From a virus: a stretch of 46,957 nucleotides of DNA. This document shows positions 15,007 to 22,781 of the stretch, piece after piece; position 1 is the first letter of the stretch; every line of letters begins with the position of its first letter. Where the stretch lies: positions 1 to 46,957 of IMG/VR virus record IMGVR_UViG_3300010376_000015. One strand, given 5' to 3'. The position numbers and the translations under genes are program-made. The notes under the pieces were generated by a model, which was not told the origin of the DNA, ran no database searches, and saw nothing but the letters and a program-made list of their open reading frames with translations.

Positions 15007-15785
15007 TCGATCTGTTCCATGAGATAGGGAAGATCCTACTCGAAGATGGTGTGGTCGTTGAGGTACCCACGTGGCAAGCGTTAGATGTGACGGACAAACC
15101 ACAAGGCAGGACATACGAGACTCTCAACATGTCCTTCCAATACATGATTCCTAATGGCATGAAGGCCTTACAGCATGACTGCGATCCCAATCTGCCCTGG
15201 GCAGAGAATCAGTTTCAGGAGCGTGTATCCGGGGAGCCACTCAATCCGGGCAACACGTATTGGGAATGGCCGTGGTACACGGGCAACGTCGAGGAGCACA
15301 AGCCTCAGGGACAGTTCAGCCACACGTACATGGAGCGGTACTTCCCAAAGCAAGCAGGCAACGACGTTCTCGAGGGCGACGACACCATCTACAAACACGG
15401 CATCCGTTACCCATACGGGGATCTGGACGACGTGGTCAATCTGCTTAGCAGAGAGCCTAATACTCGACAGGCATACTTGCCCGTGTTTTTCCCTGAGGAC
15501 ACAGGGGCTGTTCACAAAGAGAGGATCCCCTGCTCTATCGGCTATTGGTTCTACATGAGAGAAGGTGTGCTTGGCATCACATACTTCATTCGATCCTGCG
15601 ACTTCTTCCGCCATTTCCGTGACGACGTCTACATGACTTGTCGTCTAGTACAATGGGCTCTCGATCAGCTTAGGGACGGGGAGGGCGTGTGGAAAGACGT
15701 AGCGCCCGGCAAGCTCATCATGCACATCGGATCGCTCCACTGCTTCGAGGGGGATCTTGCGAAACTGAGGAGGGAGTATGGCTAG
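15003..15785 (+). CDS. Thymidylate synthase / dCMP-dUMP hydroxymethylase-fold protein 2
   Basis: 260 aa. It has 'EPNTRQAYLPVFFP', the catalytic-Cys strand 'RIPCSIGYWFY', 'FIRSCDFFRHFRDDVY' (RS.D motif) and 'IMHIGSLHCFEGD'. It looks closer to the gp42-type hydroxymethylase pattern than to canonical ThyA (recalled). Confidence 0.65.
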   Translation: MIDLFHEIGKILLEDGVVVEVPTWQALDVTDKPQGRTYETLNMSFQYMIPNGMKALQHDCDPNLPWAENQFQERVSGEPLNPGNTYWEWPWYTGNVEEHKPQGQFSHTYMERYFPKQAGNDVLEGDDTIYKHGIRYPYGDLDDVVNLLSREPNTRQAYLPVFFPEDTGAVHKERIPCSIGYWFYMREGVLGITYFIRSCDFFRHFRDDVYMTCRLVQWALDQLRDGEGVWKDVAPGKLIMHIGSLHCFEGDLAKLRREYG

Positions 15786-16212
15786 AATCTCTCGTGACGA
15801 TCTTTACATGGGACTTGCTCAGGAGTTCGCATTGAGAAGCACTTGTCTCCGAGGGCATGTAGGCTGTGTGATCGTCCGTGACAACCATCTCATTGGCGGT
15901 GGTTACAACGGTGCCCCGCCCCACATGCCCCATTGCGAAGAGATAGGCTGCGAAACCGAGGGAGACGTTGACCCCGGGTGCAAACGTGCGATACACGCCG
16001 AGCTCAATGCTGTCGCATTCTCCGCGCGCTTCGGAGTCTCGACGGACGAAGGAACGGTGTATTGCACGCACGCGACGTGCCGCGCCTGTGCCCAGGCGTT
16101 AGCAAGCGCAGGAATCGTCGAGTTCCATTATGAGGTTCCCTACCGTGACGAAGCAGGATTGAACTTACTCAACGAAGCAGGAATCGAGGTGTTCAGGTAT
16201 GGAAGATCTTGA
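15778..16212 (+). CDS. dCMP deaminase (CDA-fold zinc deaminase)
   Basis: 144 aa. 'HAELNAV' (H-A-E zinc and catalytic motif) and 'CRAC' (C-x-x-C). The N-terminal 'LAQEFALRSTC...VGCVIV' is typical of dCMP deaminases. Confidence 0.75.
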   Translation: MARISRDDLYMGLAQEFALRSTCLRGHVGCVIVRDNHLIGGGYNGAPPHMPHCEEIGCETEGDVDPGCKRAIHAELNAVAFSARFGVSTDEGTVYCTHATCRACAQALASAGIVEFHYEVPYRDEAGLNLLNEAGIEVFRYGRS

Positions 16213-16354
16213 GAAGTACGGCATCAAAAACCCAGAGTTACTGCAGATCATTCAGATTGTGGTCGAGGGAACGAACGTCGAAGGAGAGACCATACAGATT
16301 CTACTCTCCAGTAACCGTCGTGTCCTTCCAATCCCATACACCGAGCAGCCTTGA
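16199..16354 (+). CDS. Small hypothetical protein (51 aa)
   Basis: Read by hand: 'MEDLEKYGIKNPELLQIIQIVVEG...'. Its composition is much more protein-like than the overlapping Arg/Ser-rich 5' half of track ORF 16209..16529. Confidence 0.4.
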   Translation: MEDLEKYGIKNPELLQIIQIVVEGTNVEGETIQILLSSNRRVLPIPYTEQP

Positions 16355-16355
16355 C

Positions 16356-16529
16356 ATGGAGCCACACCCTTTCCAACCGCACACCGATCAGAACCACTAT
16401 CGCGCTTGCCAGAAGTGTGGCAAGGTCGCGGACCATCCTGTCCACAAGATTCAGGATGAGGTTCCTGAGGCAGTACGAAGAATGAAGCGCTGGGTCGAGG
16501 AAACCCGACACGTCCACTGGCCCTCATGA
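16356..16529 (+). CDS. Small Cys/His-containing protein (57 aa)
   Basis: ATG 2 nt after the previous stop: 'MEPHPFQPHTDQNHYRACQKCGKVADHPVHK...'. It ends in an ATGA overlap with polA. Confidence 0.45.
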   Translation: MEPHPFQPHTDQNHYRACQKCGKVADHPVHKIQDEVPEAVRRMKRWVEETRHVHWPS

Positions 16530-18919
16530 CATTCCAAGACAAGATCCGCGATCCCGGCTGCACACTGTGTCCGCTCCACGAGAGCGCGGAATATGTGTGC
16601 TTGATGGGCACTGGGAAGAAGAACTCCCAACTATTGATAGTCGGAGAGGCGCCGGGGCAGAGGGAGGATGAAGAGCATGCAGCGTTCGTCGGGCCCGCGG
16701 GAGCGTTACTTACGGAATTACTTGAGGAAGCTGGGTTCTCGCGCTCAGATTGCTACATCACCAATGCGGTCAAGTGCCGTCCAGCGGACAACGCTACCCC
16801 TACACGACTCAACGTCCGCGCTTGTAGCGACTTCCTTGCGAAGGAGATCGATAAGGTACAGCCTAAGCTCATTCTGGGTCTCGGTAACACTGCGCTCCTT
16901 GCGCTTACAAGAAGGTCGGGAATCACCAAACATCGAGGTAAGCTTTACTCGGCGCAAGGGATCCCTGTCATCTGCACGTTTCATCCTGCGGCGGCGCTTA
17001 GATCTGCGGGATATCTTCATCCAATTCGAGCGGACCTACAAGCAGCAGCAAGGAGGCTCAACGGAGGTTCCACCCTACGTACCCGCACAGTCCTCGTCAC
17101 AAACAAAGTCCACCTCAAATCCCTCATCCGAGTCCTCGAGCGAGCAGACACAATCGCCTTCGACCTCGAGACCTCCGGACTCCACGAGTGGGCAGACGAC
17201 GCAGCAATAGTCACGCTAGGTGTGTCCTGGGGCGAGGGACGATCAGCTGTGATCCCTCTATGGCACAGCTGTATCCCTCAAGATCAGTTCGCTGCCAACT
17301 GGATCACAACCGTCTTGCACGAACTCAAGCCTGTGCTCGAGGATAAGACAAAGAAGTACGTAGCACACAACGGTAAGTTCGACTGCAAGTGGCTCGCAAG
17401 ATTCGGCGTATACGTCCCGCTGACCTTCGACACCATGATCGCCGCACACCTGCTCGATGAGAACAGAAGCAAGGGTCTCAAGCCTCTCGCGCAGATGCTG
17501 CTGGGCGCCGACGACTGGGACGAGGAAGTCAAGTCAGCGTACAGTCTCCCGATCAAGCGTCTCGCGATCTACAACGGTAAGGACTGCGACTACACGCTGC
17601 GTCTGTACTACATCTTCAGGAAGGAACTGCTCGAGCAACCTCGCGTAGCGCGCGTGTTCCAGAAGCTGATGATGCCCGCATCTGCAGTATTTACTCGTCT
17701 CGAGCTCGGCGGAACATACCTCGACGAGGAACGTCTCGAGGACAGATACATCGAGGCCACACGCAACGTCGAGAAGCTAGAAAGATACATGCTCAAGTCC
17801 GTACCCAAGAAGTTGCAACCCATCAACTTCAACTCACCGGCTCAAGTGTCGGTGTGGCTGTTCAAGTCCCTGAAACTACCAATACTAGAGGAAACGAAGA
17901 CAGGTGCTCCGTCGACTGCTGAGTCGGTTCTGTTCCGGCTCGAGAAGAAACACAAGGTTGTGTCCGCATTGCTCAAGTACCGCAAGTGGTCAAAGTATCT
18001 CAGTACGTATCTTGGACCTTGGATCGAACGAAGAGATAAGAGGGGCAGAATTCACCCATCTTACCGACTCACAGGAACTGTCACTGGGCGCCTTAGTTCT
18101 AGCGAACCTAATCTACAACAAGTCCCTCGCAATTCGCTCATACGAGGATGTATCGGGGCACCACCCGGATGGACATTCATGGAGGCGGATTACTCTCAGA
18201 TAGAGCTTCGCATCGCTGCGTGGATGGCAGGAGAGCGAAGCATGCTTCGCCTACTCAATTCTGGACACGATCTGCACCGCAACACGGCAATGGCAATCAC
18301 AGGGAAGGACGACATCGATGGTGAAGACAGAGTCATCTGGGGGAAGCACCCGAACTTCGGGCTCCTCTTCGGAATGTACCCCAAGAAATACCAAGAGTAC
18401 TGTAGAGACAACGGTGGGCAAGAGATTACGTTGGCTACTGCGGAAGAGGTGTATCAGACTTTTCATAACACTTACCCCGCGCTCCGTCGATGGCACTCTC
18501 GCCAGATACGACTCGCACATCGTTATCTATCCATTTCCAACCCGATTGGTCGTGTCCGTCACCTCCCCGACGTCCGAAATCCCAATGACTCGGTACGAAT
18601 GGAAGCTGAGCGCCAAGCTATCAACTCGCCGGTACAGGGCTTTGCATCCGACCTCATGGTCTTCAGCGCTATCCGCCTCGCAAGGATCTTCGACGGAAGG
18701 TACGCGCGAATGGTCGGGTCAGTCCACGACTCCCTCCTATTCGAGGTCCGTGATGAGATGGTGGACGAGGTTGCGCGTACGGTCAAAGATGTGATGGAGG
18801 ATAAAGACGACCTGAAGAAAATGTTCGGTGTGAAGCTCGAAGTGCCCATCGTGGTAGAGATTAGCGTCGGGCAATTTTGGTCTGAGTCCGAAACATGGAC
18901 GGACGAAAAGCACGTATAA
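16526..18919 (+). CDS. polA: Family-4 uracil-DNA glycosylase domain fused to 3'-5' exonuclease and family-A DNA polymerase
   Basis: 797 aa. The N-terminal ~190 aa carry 'C12xxC15', 'VGEAPG', 'FVGPAG', 'VKC84RP...C100' and 'FHPAA', which are the UDG family-4 motifs and Fe-S cysteines. Then come 'AFDLETSGL' (Exo I), 'DYSQIELR' (Pol motif A), 'KHPNFGLLFG' (motif B) and 'SVHDS' (motif C). Confidence 0.85.
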   Translation: MTFQDKIRDPGCTLCPLHESAEYVCLMGTGKKNSQLLIVGEAPGQREDEEHAAFVGPAGALLTELLEEAGFSRSDCYITNAVKCRPADNATPTRLNVRACSDFLAKEIDKVQPKLILGLGNTALLALTRRSGITKHRGKLYSAQGIPVICTFHPAAALRSAGYLHPIRADLQAAARRLNGGSTLRTRTVLVTNKVHLKSLIRVLERADTIAFDLETSGLHEWADDAAIVTLGVSWGEGRSAVIPLWHSCIPQDQFAANWITTVLHELKPVLEDKTKKYVAHNGKFDCKWLARFGVYVPLTFDTMIAAHLLDENRSKGLKPLAQMLLGADDWDEEVKSAYSLPIKRLAIYNGKDCDYTLRLYYIFRKELLEQPRVARVFQKLMMPASAVFTRLELGGTYLDEERLEDRYIEATRNVEKLERYMLKSVPKKLQPINFNSPAQVSVWLFKSLKLPILEETKTGAPSTAESVLFRLEKKHKVVSALLKYRKWSKYLSTYLGPWIERRDKRGRIHPSYRLTGTVTGRLSSSEPNLQQVPRNSLIRGCIGAPPGWTFMEADYSQIELRIAAWMAGERSMLRLLNSGHDLHRNTAMAITGKDDIDGEDRVIWGKHPNFGLLFGMYPKKYQEYCRDNGGQEITLATAEEVYQTFHNTYPALRRWHSRQIRLAHRYLSISNPIGRVRHLPDVRNPNDSVRMEAERQAINSPVQGFASDLMVFSAIRLARIFDGRYARMVGSVHDSLLFEVRDEMVDEVARTVKDVMEDKDDLKKMFGVKLEVPIVVEISVGQFWSESETWTDEKHV

Positions 18920-18935
18920 TGTGAAAGGAGGTACC

Positions 18936-19148
18936 ATGAAGAAGAAGCGAATTGCATATGCTGCCCAGTTGTCGGCTGCGTCGATCATGCTTCAAACCTT
19001 CCAACATATCTCGCTCAAATGGGATGAGTATGGTCAGATTCTCGAAGAGGAGGAGAAGAAGGAAATTGAGAAACTGCAGAAGGCATTGCACACCATCAGC
19101 ATGCGGCTCCAAAAGCTCGTTTGGAAACTGAGGAAGGATGCGCGTTAG
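18936..19148 (+). CDS. Hypothetical coiled-coil protein (70 aa)
   Basis: ATG 18936 lies 4 nt after AAAGGAGG. The track start at 18921 is a GTG inside the SD region. Confidence 0.55.
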   Translation: MKKKRIAYAAQLSAASIMLQTFQHISLKWDEYGQILEEEEKKEIEKLQKALHTISMRLQKLVWKLRKDAR

Positions 19149-20106
19149 CAACTCTAAGCTCAAGACGTATCGGCGGTGCCCCAACAAGTACCGTTACAAG
19201 TACCCGATGAAACTGCGGCCCAAGGCGAAGGCGCTGCCGATGGAATTGGGCTCCTGGTTGCACACTTTGCTCCAGGTTCACTACGACGGCGGGAGTTGGA
19301 AGGCCACACACAAGGAACTTATCAAGCGCTTCAATAACCTGTGGGACGAGGAGCGCGAGGCGATGGGTGAGTTGCCCACAGAAGCATCGCGGATCATGCG
19401 GGCGTATCTGCGTCGGTACTCACAAGAGGACGAGACACGGTACGCAGTCATAGACAGCGAGATGGATGAGATTGTCACCCTCCCGAACGGCTTGCGTCTA
19501 GAGGTGGTGGTGGATCTCATCGTGGAGGATCTGATCGAAGGAGGACTGTGGCTGTGGGACCACAAGTTCCGGAACAAGCTCAGTGATCCTGAGGACCAGA
19601 TTCTTGATCCTCAGCTCACACTGTACTTCTGGAGTCTAGAACACATGGGCTACGTACCCTTGCGCGGTGTGGTTTACAACGAAGTTCGTACAGCCGCTCC
19701 AAAAGTTCCTGAGCTCACAGCAAAGACACAGGAACTCAGTCGTCGGAAAGACATAGACACCGACGTCTACACGTATATGAAAGCCATCAAAGACAACGAC
19801 CTGGATCCTGACGACTACACGGAGATTCTCAACACTATCGCTCTCCGCGAGCCCGGTCGGTTCTACATGCGGACTCGCATTCCGAAGGATCCACCCGTCG
19901 TCAAAACCATGATGAAGGAGCTGGTCCAGACGGCCCAAGAAATGCAGGTTGCCGATCAACGGCAACGGTATCCACGCGCCTTCGATACCTCGTGCAAGTG
20001 GCAATGCGAGTACAAGTCCTTGTGCATAGCTGAGTTGCATGGTGCGGACATAGATTCCATAATCAAACAAAGCTTCGAGGTGGTAACACGTGGCAAAGAG
20101 GTCTGA
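19138..20106 (+). CDS. PD-(D/E)XK Cas4/RecB-like exonuclease
   Basis: 322 aa. N-terminal 'YRRCP', 'VVDLIVED...LWDHKF' (D...D-x-K) and the C-terminal Cys cluster 'SCKWQCEYKSLC'. It is the first gene of the classic exonuclease / Sak4 / DUF669 trio. Confidence 0.7.
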   Translation: MRVSNSKLKTYRRCPNKYRYKYPMKLRPKAKALPMELGSWLHTLLQVHYDGGSWKATHKELIKRFNNLWDEEREAMGELPTEASRIMRAYLRRYSQEDETRYAVIDSEMDEIVTLPNGLRLEVVVDLIVEDLIEGGLWLWDHKFRNKLSDPEDQILDPQLTLYFWSLEHMGYVPLRGVVYNEVRTAAPKVPELTAKTQELSRRKDIDTDVYTYMKAIKDNDLDPDDYTEILNTIALREPGRFYMRTRIPKDPPVVKTMMKELVQTAQEMQVADQRQRYPRAFDTSCKWQCEYKSLCIAELHGADIDSIIKQSFEVVTRGKEV

Positions 20107-20851
20107 TAAAGAGTCCCGCATCAAGGACGTTGAGAGGCGCATTGTGCCCGTGAGAGAGATAGAGAACTACGTGCGCGTCCTCTTGTACGGACAGAACGGC
20201 AAGGGCAAGACCCGAACGGCCGCCACAGCCCCCAAGCCTTTGCTCATAGACATCAACGAGGAGGGGACCAAGAGCATAAGGAACTACAACGGTGTTGAGG
20301 TTTTCCCCGCGAAGAACTGGGAAGACGTGCACTGGGCCTATTGGTTTCTGCGTAGCGGCGAACATGAGTACGAGTCCGTCATCATCGACACCCTGACCAT
20401 GATGCAGAATGTCTGCATGAAGCAGGTGCTGCGCGAGGCTGAGGATAGGGACCCGGCGAAGGACCCTGCGACTGCGTCTCAACGCGACTGGGGGAAGGTA
20501 GCACAGCTGATGAAGGATCTGCTGCTCAACTATCGCAACCTTCCCATGAACGTGATCTTCGTGTGCCAGGAGCGCAGCATAGATAACGAAGAAGGCGAAA
20601 CGGAAAAGGTGCCTGATTTATCGCCGGGATCCCGCGCAACAGCCACAGCGTGCGTGGACTTCATCGGTAGAATCTACACGCGCGAGGTCCGTGTAGTCAA
20701 AGGCAAGAAAACCACAAAGGCTTGGCGGACGCTCATGCTAATCGGACCGCATGACGTCTATCTCACCAAGGACAGGTCAGGGGTTCTACCTCGGATCGTA
20801 CCAAACCCATCGATACCGCAGATGATTGCGGCAACCGAAAGCGAGGAGTAA
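20090..20851 (+). CDS. Sak4-like (AAA_24) RecA-fold ATPase, single-strand annealing/recombination
   Basis: 253 aa with a GTG start after GAGGTGG. Walker A 'LLYGQNGKGKT' and Walker B-like 'SVIIDTL'. Confidence 0.7.
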   Translation: MAKRSDKESRIKDVERRIVPVREIENYVRVLLYGQNGKGKTRTAATAPKPLLIDINEEGTKSIRNYNGVEVFPAKNWEDVHWAYWFLRSGEHEYESVIIDTLTMMQNVCMKQVLREAEDRDPAKDPATASQRDWGKVAQLMKDLLLNYRNLPMNVIFVCQERSIDNEEGETEKVPDLSPGSRATATACVDFIGRIYTREVRVVKGKKTTKAWRTLMLIGPHDVYLTKDRSGVLPRIVPNPSIPQMIAATESEE

Positions 20852-21405
20852 TGGCTCAAAAGCTCATTGTCGACTTCCGAGGCGTAGACTCGGGAGGAGG
20901 TGGCAACGACCGCGTACCCGAGGGTGATTACCACGCAGTCGTAGACGAGGTGAAGGTCGGTACGGCGAAATCGTCCGGCAACACCATGCTCGTGTGGACG
21001 TTCAAGATCAATCAAGGGAAGCAGAAAGGTAAGAAGCTCAAAGATTACACGAGCCTCAACGCAGAGGCATTGTGGAAGCTCAAGGGGTTGCTGGAGTCTC
21101 TTGGTGTGAAGGTACCCGACAGCAGAACCGATCTTCAGCCAACACTCAGGAAGCTTCTCGGCAAAGAATGCGGTATAACAGTAAGTGACGAAGAGTGGAC
21201 ACGGGACGATGGCAAATCCCGCATGACCTCGAAGATCACGGACTACATGGATCTGGACGTGCTCGACGAGGACACAGATGAGGAAGAGGAGGACGAAGAG
21301 GAGGACGAAGAGGAGCAACCGAAGCCCAAGGCAAAGAAGAAGAAAAAGAAGAAAAAGGAAGAAGACGACGAAGAAATCGAGGATCTTGACCTCGACGAAC
21401 TCTAG
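20851..21405 (+). CDS. DUF669-type phage single-stranded DNA-binding protein with acidic tail
   Basis: 184 aa with a TAATG overlap. 'VPEGDYHAVVDEVKVGTAKSSGNTMLVWTFKINQGKQKGKKLKDY' matches the DUF669 pattern. The C-terminus is a poly-Glu/Asp and Lys run ending 'DLDLDEL'. Confidence 0.7.
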   Translation: MAQKLIVDFRGVDSGGGGNDRVPEGDYHAVVDEVKVGTAKSSGNTMLVWTFKINQGKQKGKKLKDYTSLNAEALWKLKGLLESLGVKVPDSRTDLQPTLRKLLGKECGITVSDEEWTRDDGKSRMTSKITDYMDLDVLDEDTDEEEEDEEEDEEEQPKPKAKKKKKKKKEEDDEEIEDLDLDEL

Positions 21406-21414
21406 GAGGCAGGA

Positions 21415-22050
21415 ATGGCAGATGAAAAGCACAGACTGAAAGAACTCATCGATCAAACCCACAAACATGGTGAAAAGATCCAAGGAGAAATCAGTCATCT
21501 TGAAGGATGGAAAAAGAATCTGGAAAAGCTGAACAAACAGCGATGGGACAGGCTGCACAAACTCGAACATCCCCAGGCTCCCCCACAGTCCCATGTCACC
21601 ATGTTCGATTCCGTGGACGTCGGTGAGTACCCGTCGAACCCTGAAGCTGTGGCTGGATACGTCGATGGGCACTGGGCGAACTACAACGAGTTGGTGCGTA
21701 GATTCCCCAACGCTCACCACGTGTCCATCGCTGTGTTTCCCTCCGACGACGCCATGGCTCTGGACATCGAGACAGGAGACGCGACACCGTCTCAGGCCCC
21801 AGCGTGGGTAAGAAGGCAGCACGCGAGGGGGGTCCATCGTCCCATCCTCTACGCCAATCTCAGCACGATGCCTGCTGTTAGGGAGGCTATCGTGAACGAC
21901 CACATCGGTGTTCACGAAGTGAAGTTGTGGGTAGCGCACTACAACTATCAGCCACACATCCCGGACGGCTACGACGCCTGCCAGTGGACCGACAAGTCCA
22001 AAGGCAAAAATCTCGACGAGTCCCTCTGTTACCACGAGTTCTTCGAGTGA
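21415..22050 (+). CDS. GH25-like / DUF1906-like glycoside hydrolase (endolysin candidate) with N-terminal coiled coil
   Basis: 211 aa. 'ALDIETGDA' and the C-terminal 'LWVAHYNYQPHIPDGYDACQWTDKSKGKNLDESLCY' resemble the GH25-type 'LWIA.Y...WQYT...vD.n.f' ending (recalled). Confidence 0.45.
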   Translation: MADEKHRLKELIDQTHKHGEKIQGEISHLEGWKKNLEKLNKQRWDRLHKLEHPQAPPQSHVTMFDSVDVGEYPSNPEAVAGYVDGHWANYNELVRRFPNAHHVSIAVFPSDDAMALDIETGDATPSQAPAWVRRQHARGVHRPILYANLSTMPAVREAIVNDHIGVHEVKLWVAHYNYQPHIPDGYDACQWTDKSKGKNLDESLCYHEFFE

Positions 22051-22334
22051 CTGAGTCTGAGTTACAACGAAGAATCGTCAGCTGGCTCAACAAGCAGCCG
22101 AAGACGTTCGCAGCGAAGATTCACGGGGGTCCGCACCAAGTTGCGGGCCTCCCGGATATCGTCATGTGTAGAGAAGGGAGGTTCTATGGGCTTGAGGTCA
22201 AGCTTCCTGGTAAGGAGAAGACGCTTACTCCGCGTCAAAGAAGTAAGATCAAGAAGATCCGTCAAGCGGGAGGATGGTCAGCTGTTGTCACTTCGCTTGA
22301 GGATGTAACAACTCTCTTAGGGATGGGAGAATGA
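22047..22334 (+). CDS. VRR-NUC domain nuclease
   Basis: 95 aa from GTG 22047 (GTGA overlap). 'LQRRIVSWLNK...GLPDIVMCREGRFYGLEVKLPGKEKTLTPRQRSKIKKIRQAGGWSAVV' is the VRR-NUC PD-ExK pattern. Confidence 0.7.
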   Translation: MTESELQRRIVSWLNKQPKTFAAKIHGGPHQVAGLPDIVMCREGRFYGLEVKLPGKEKTLTPRQRSKIKKIRQAGGWSAVVTSLEDVTTLLGMGE

Positions 22335-22624
22335 GTAAAGCGACTATCAAAAAGGCGCGTAAGAATCGCGCCAAAATCGCCAAGACGTTCGCCAACTTAC
22401 AATCACACCGATTGCACGCGACCACTGTCCTAAAAGATCCCCCAGAATGCTTAGATCGAATGACAGTGTTCGATGTGTTGCGCCGTTTTCCGCATTTGGG
22501 GCGTGATGGCGCCGAGAAAGTTCTGAGAAATGCGAAGGTGTGGCCCTTGACTCGGTTTGGTTATTTGACCGAGGAAGAGAGGAGCAAAATCATCGCTAAT
22601 CTTCCTCCTCGTGCGAGACGTTAG
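22331..22624 (+). CDS. Actinobacterial-type integration host factor (sIHF/mIHF-like) nucleoid protein
   Basis: 97 aa. 'ARKNRAKIAKTFANL...TVLKDPPECLDRMTVFDVLRRFPHLGRDGAEKVLRNAKVWPLTRFGYLTEEERSKIIANL' lines up along its length with the Streptomyces sIHF sequence as I recall it. Confidence 0.55.
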   Translation: MSKATIKKARKNRAKIAKTFANLQSHRLHATTVLKDPPECLDRMTVFDVLRRFPHLGRDGAEKVLRNAKVWPLTRFGYLTEEERSKIIANLPPRARR

Positions 22625-22781
22625 ATTCGTGACGAAGAATACGGAGATTCTCCTCGAGACGAGCGAGACGTTCTCGGATTCCAACTTGCCTCTTGATTAG
22701 AGCTCCTATCAGGCCCAATATTCCTGAGTCGATAGCCAAGAAGACGGAATCAGGAACCTTGTGTTCACCAAGCAGGCTCAC
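22596..22781 (-). CDS. Small single-pass membrane protein (61 aa), holin-like candidate
   Basis: GTGA overlap with the upstream hydrolase gene. One TM helix, 'VFLAIDSGILGLIGALI', then a charged coiled tail. It is the last gene of the virion strand, and its 3' end overlaps the convergent IHF-like gene by 29 nt. Confidence 0.45.
   Translation of the reverse strand: MSLLGEHKVPDSVFLAIDSGILGLIGALIKRQVGIRERLARLEENLRILRHESNVSHEEED

Noticed and set aside
16209-16529. 106-aa TTG-initiated ORF
   Set aside because: Its first half is Arg/Ser-rich. Two short ORFs (16199..16354 and 16356..16529) explain the region with more protein-like sequence. This remains uncertain.
20758-22035. 425-aa minus-strand ORF
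   Set aside because: It is antisense to three plus-strand genes with recognisable domains (Sak4-like end, DUF669, GH25-like). Its Val/Leu/Phe-rich sequence is what antisense reading of the Glu/Asp/Lys-rich tracts produces.
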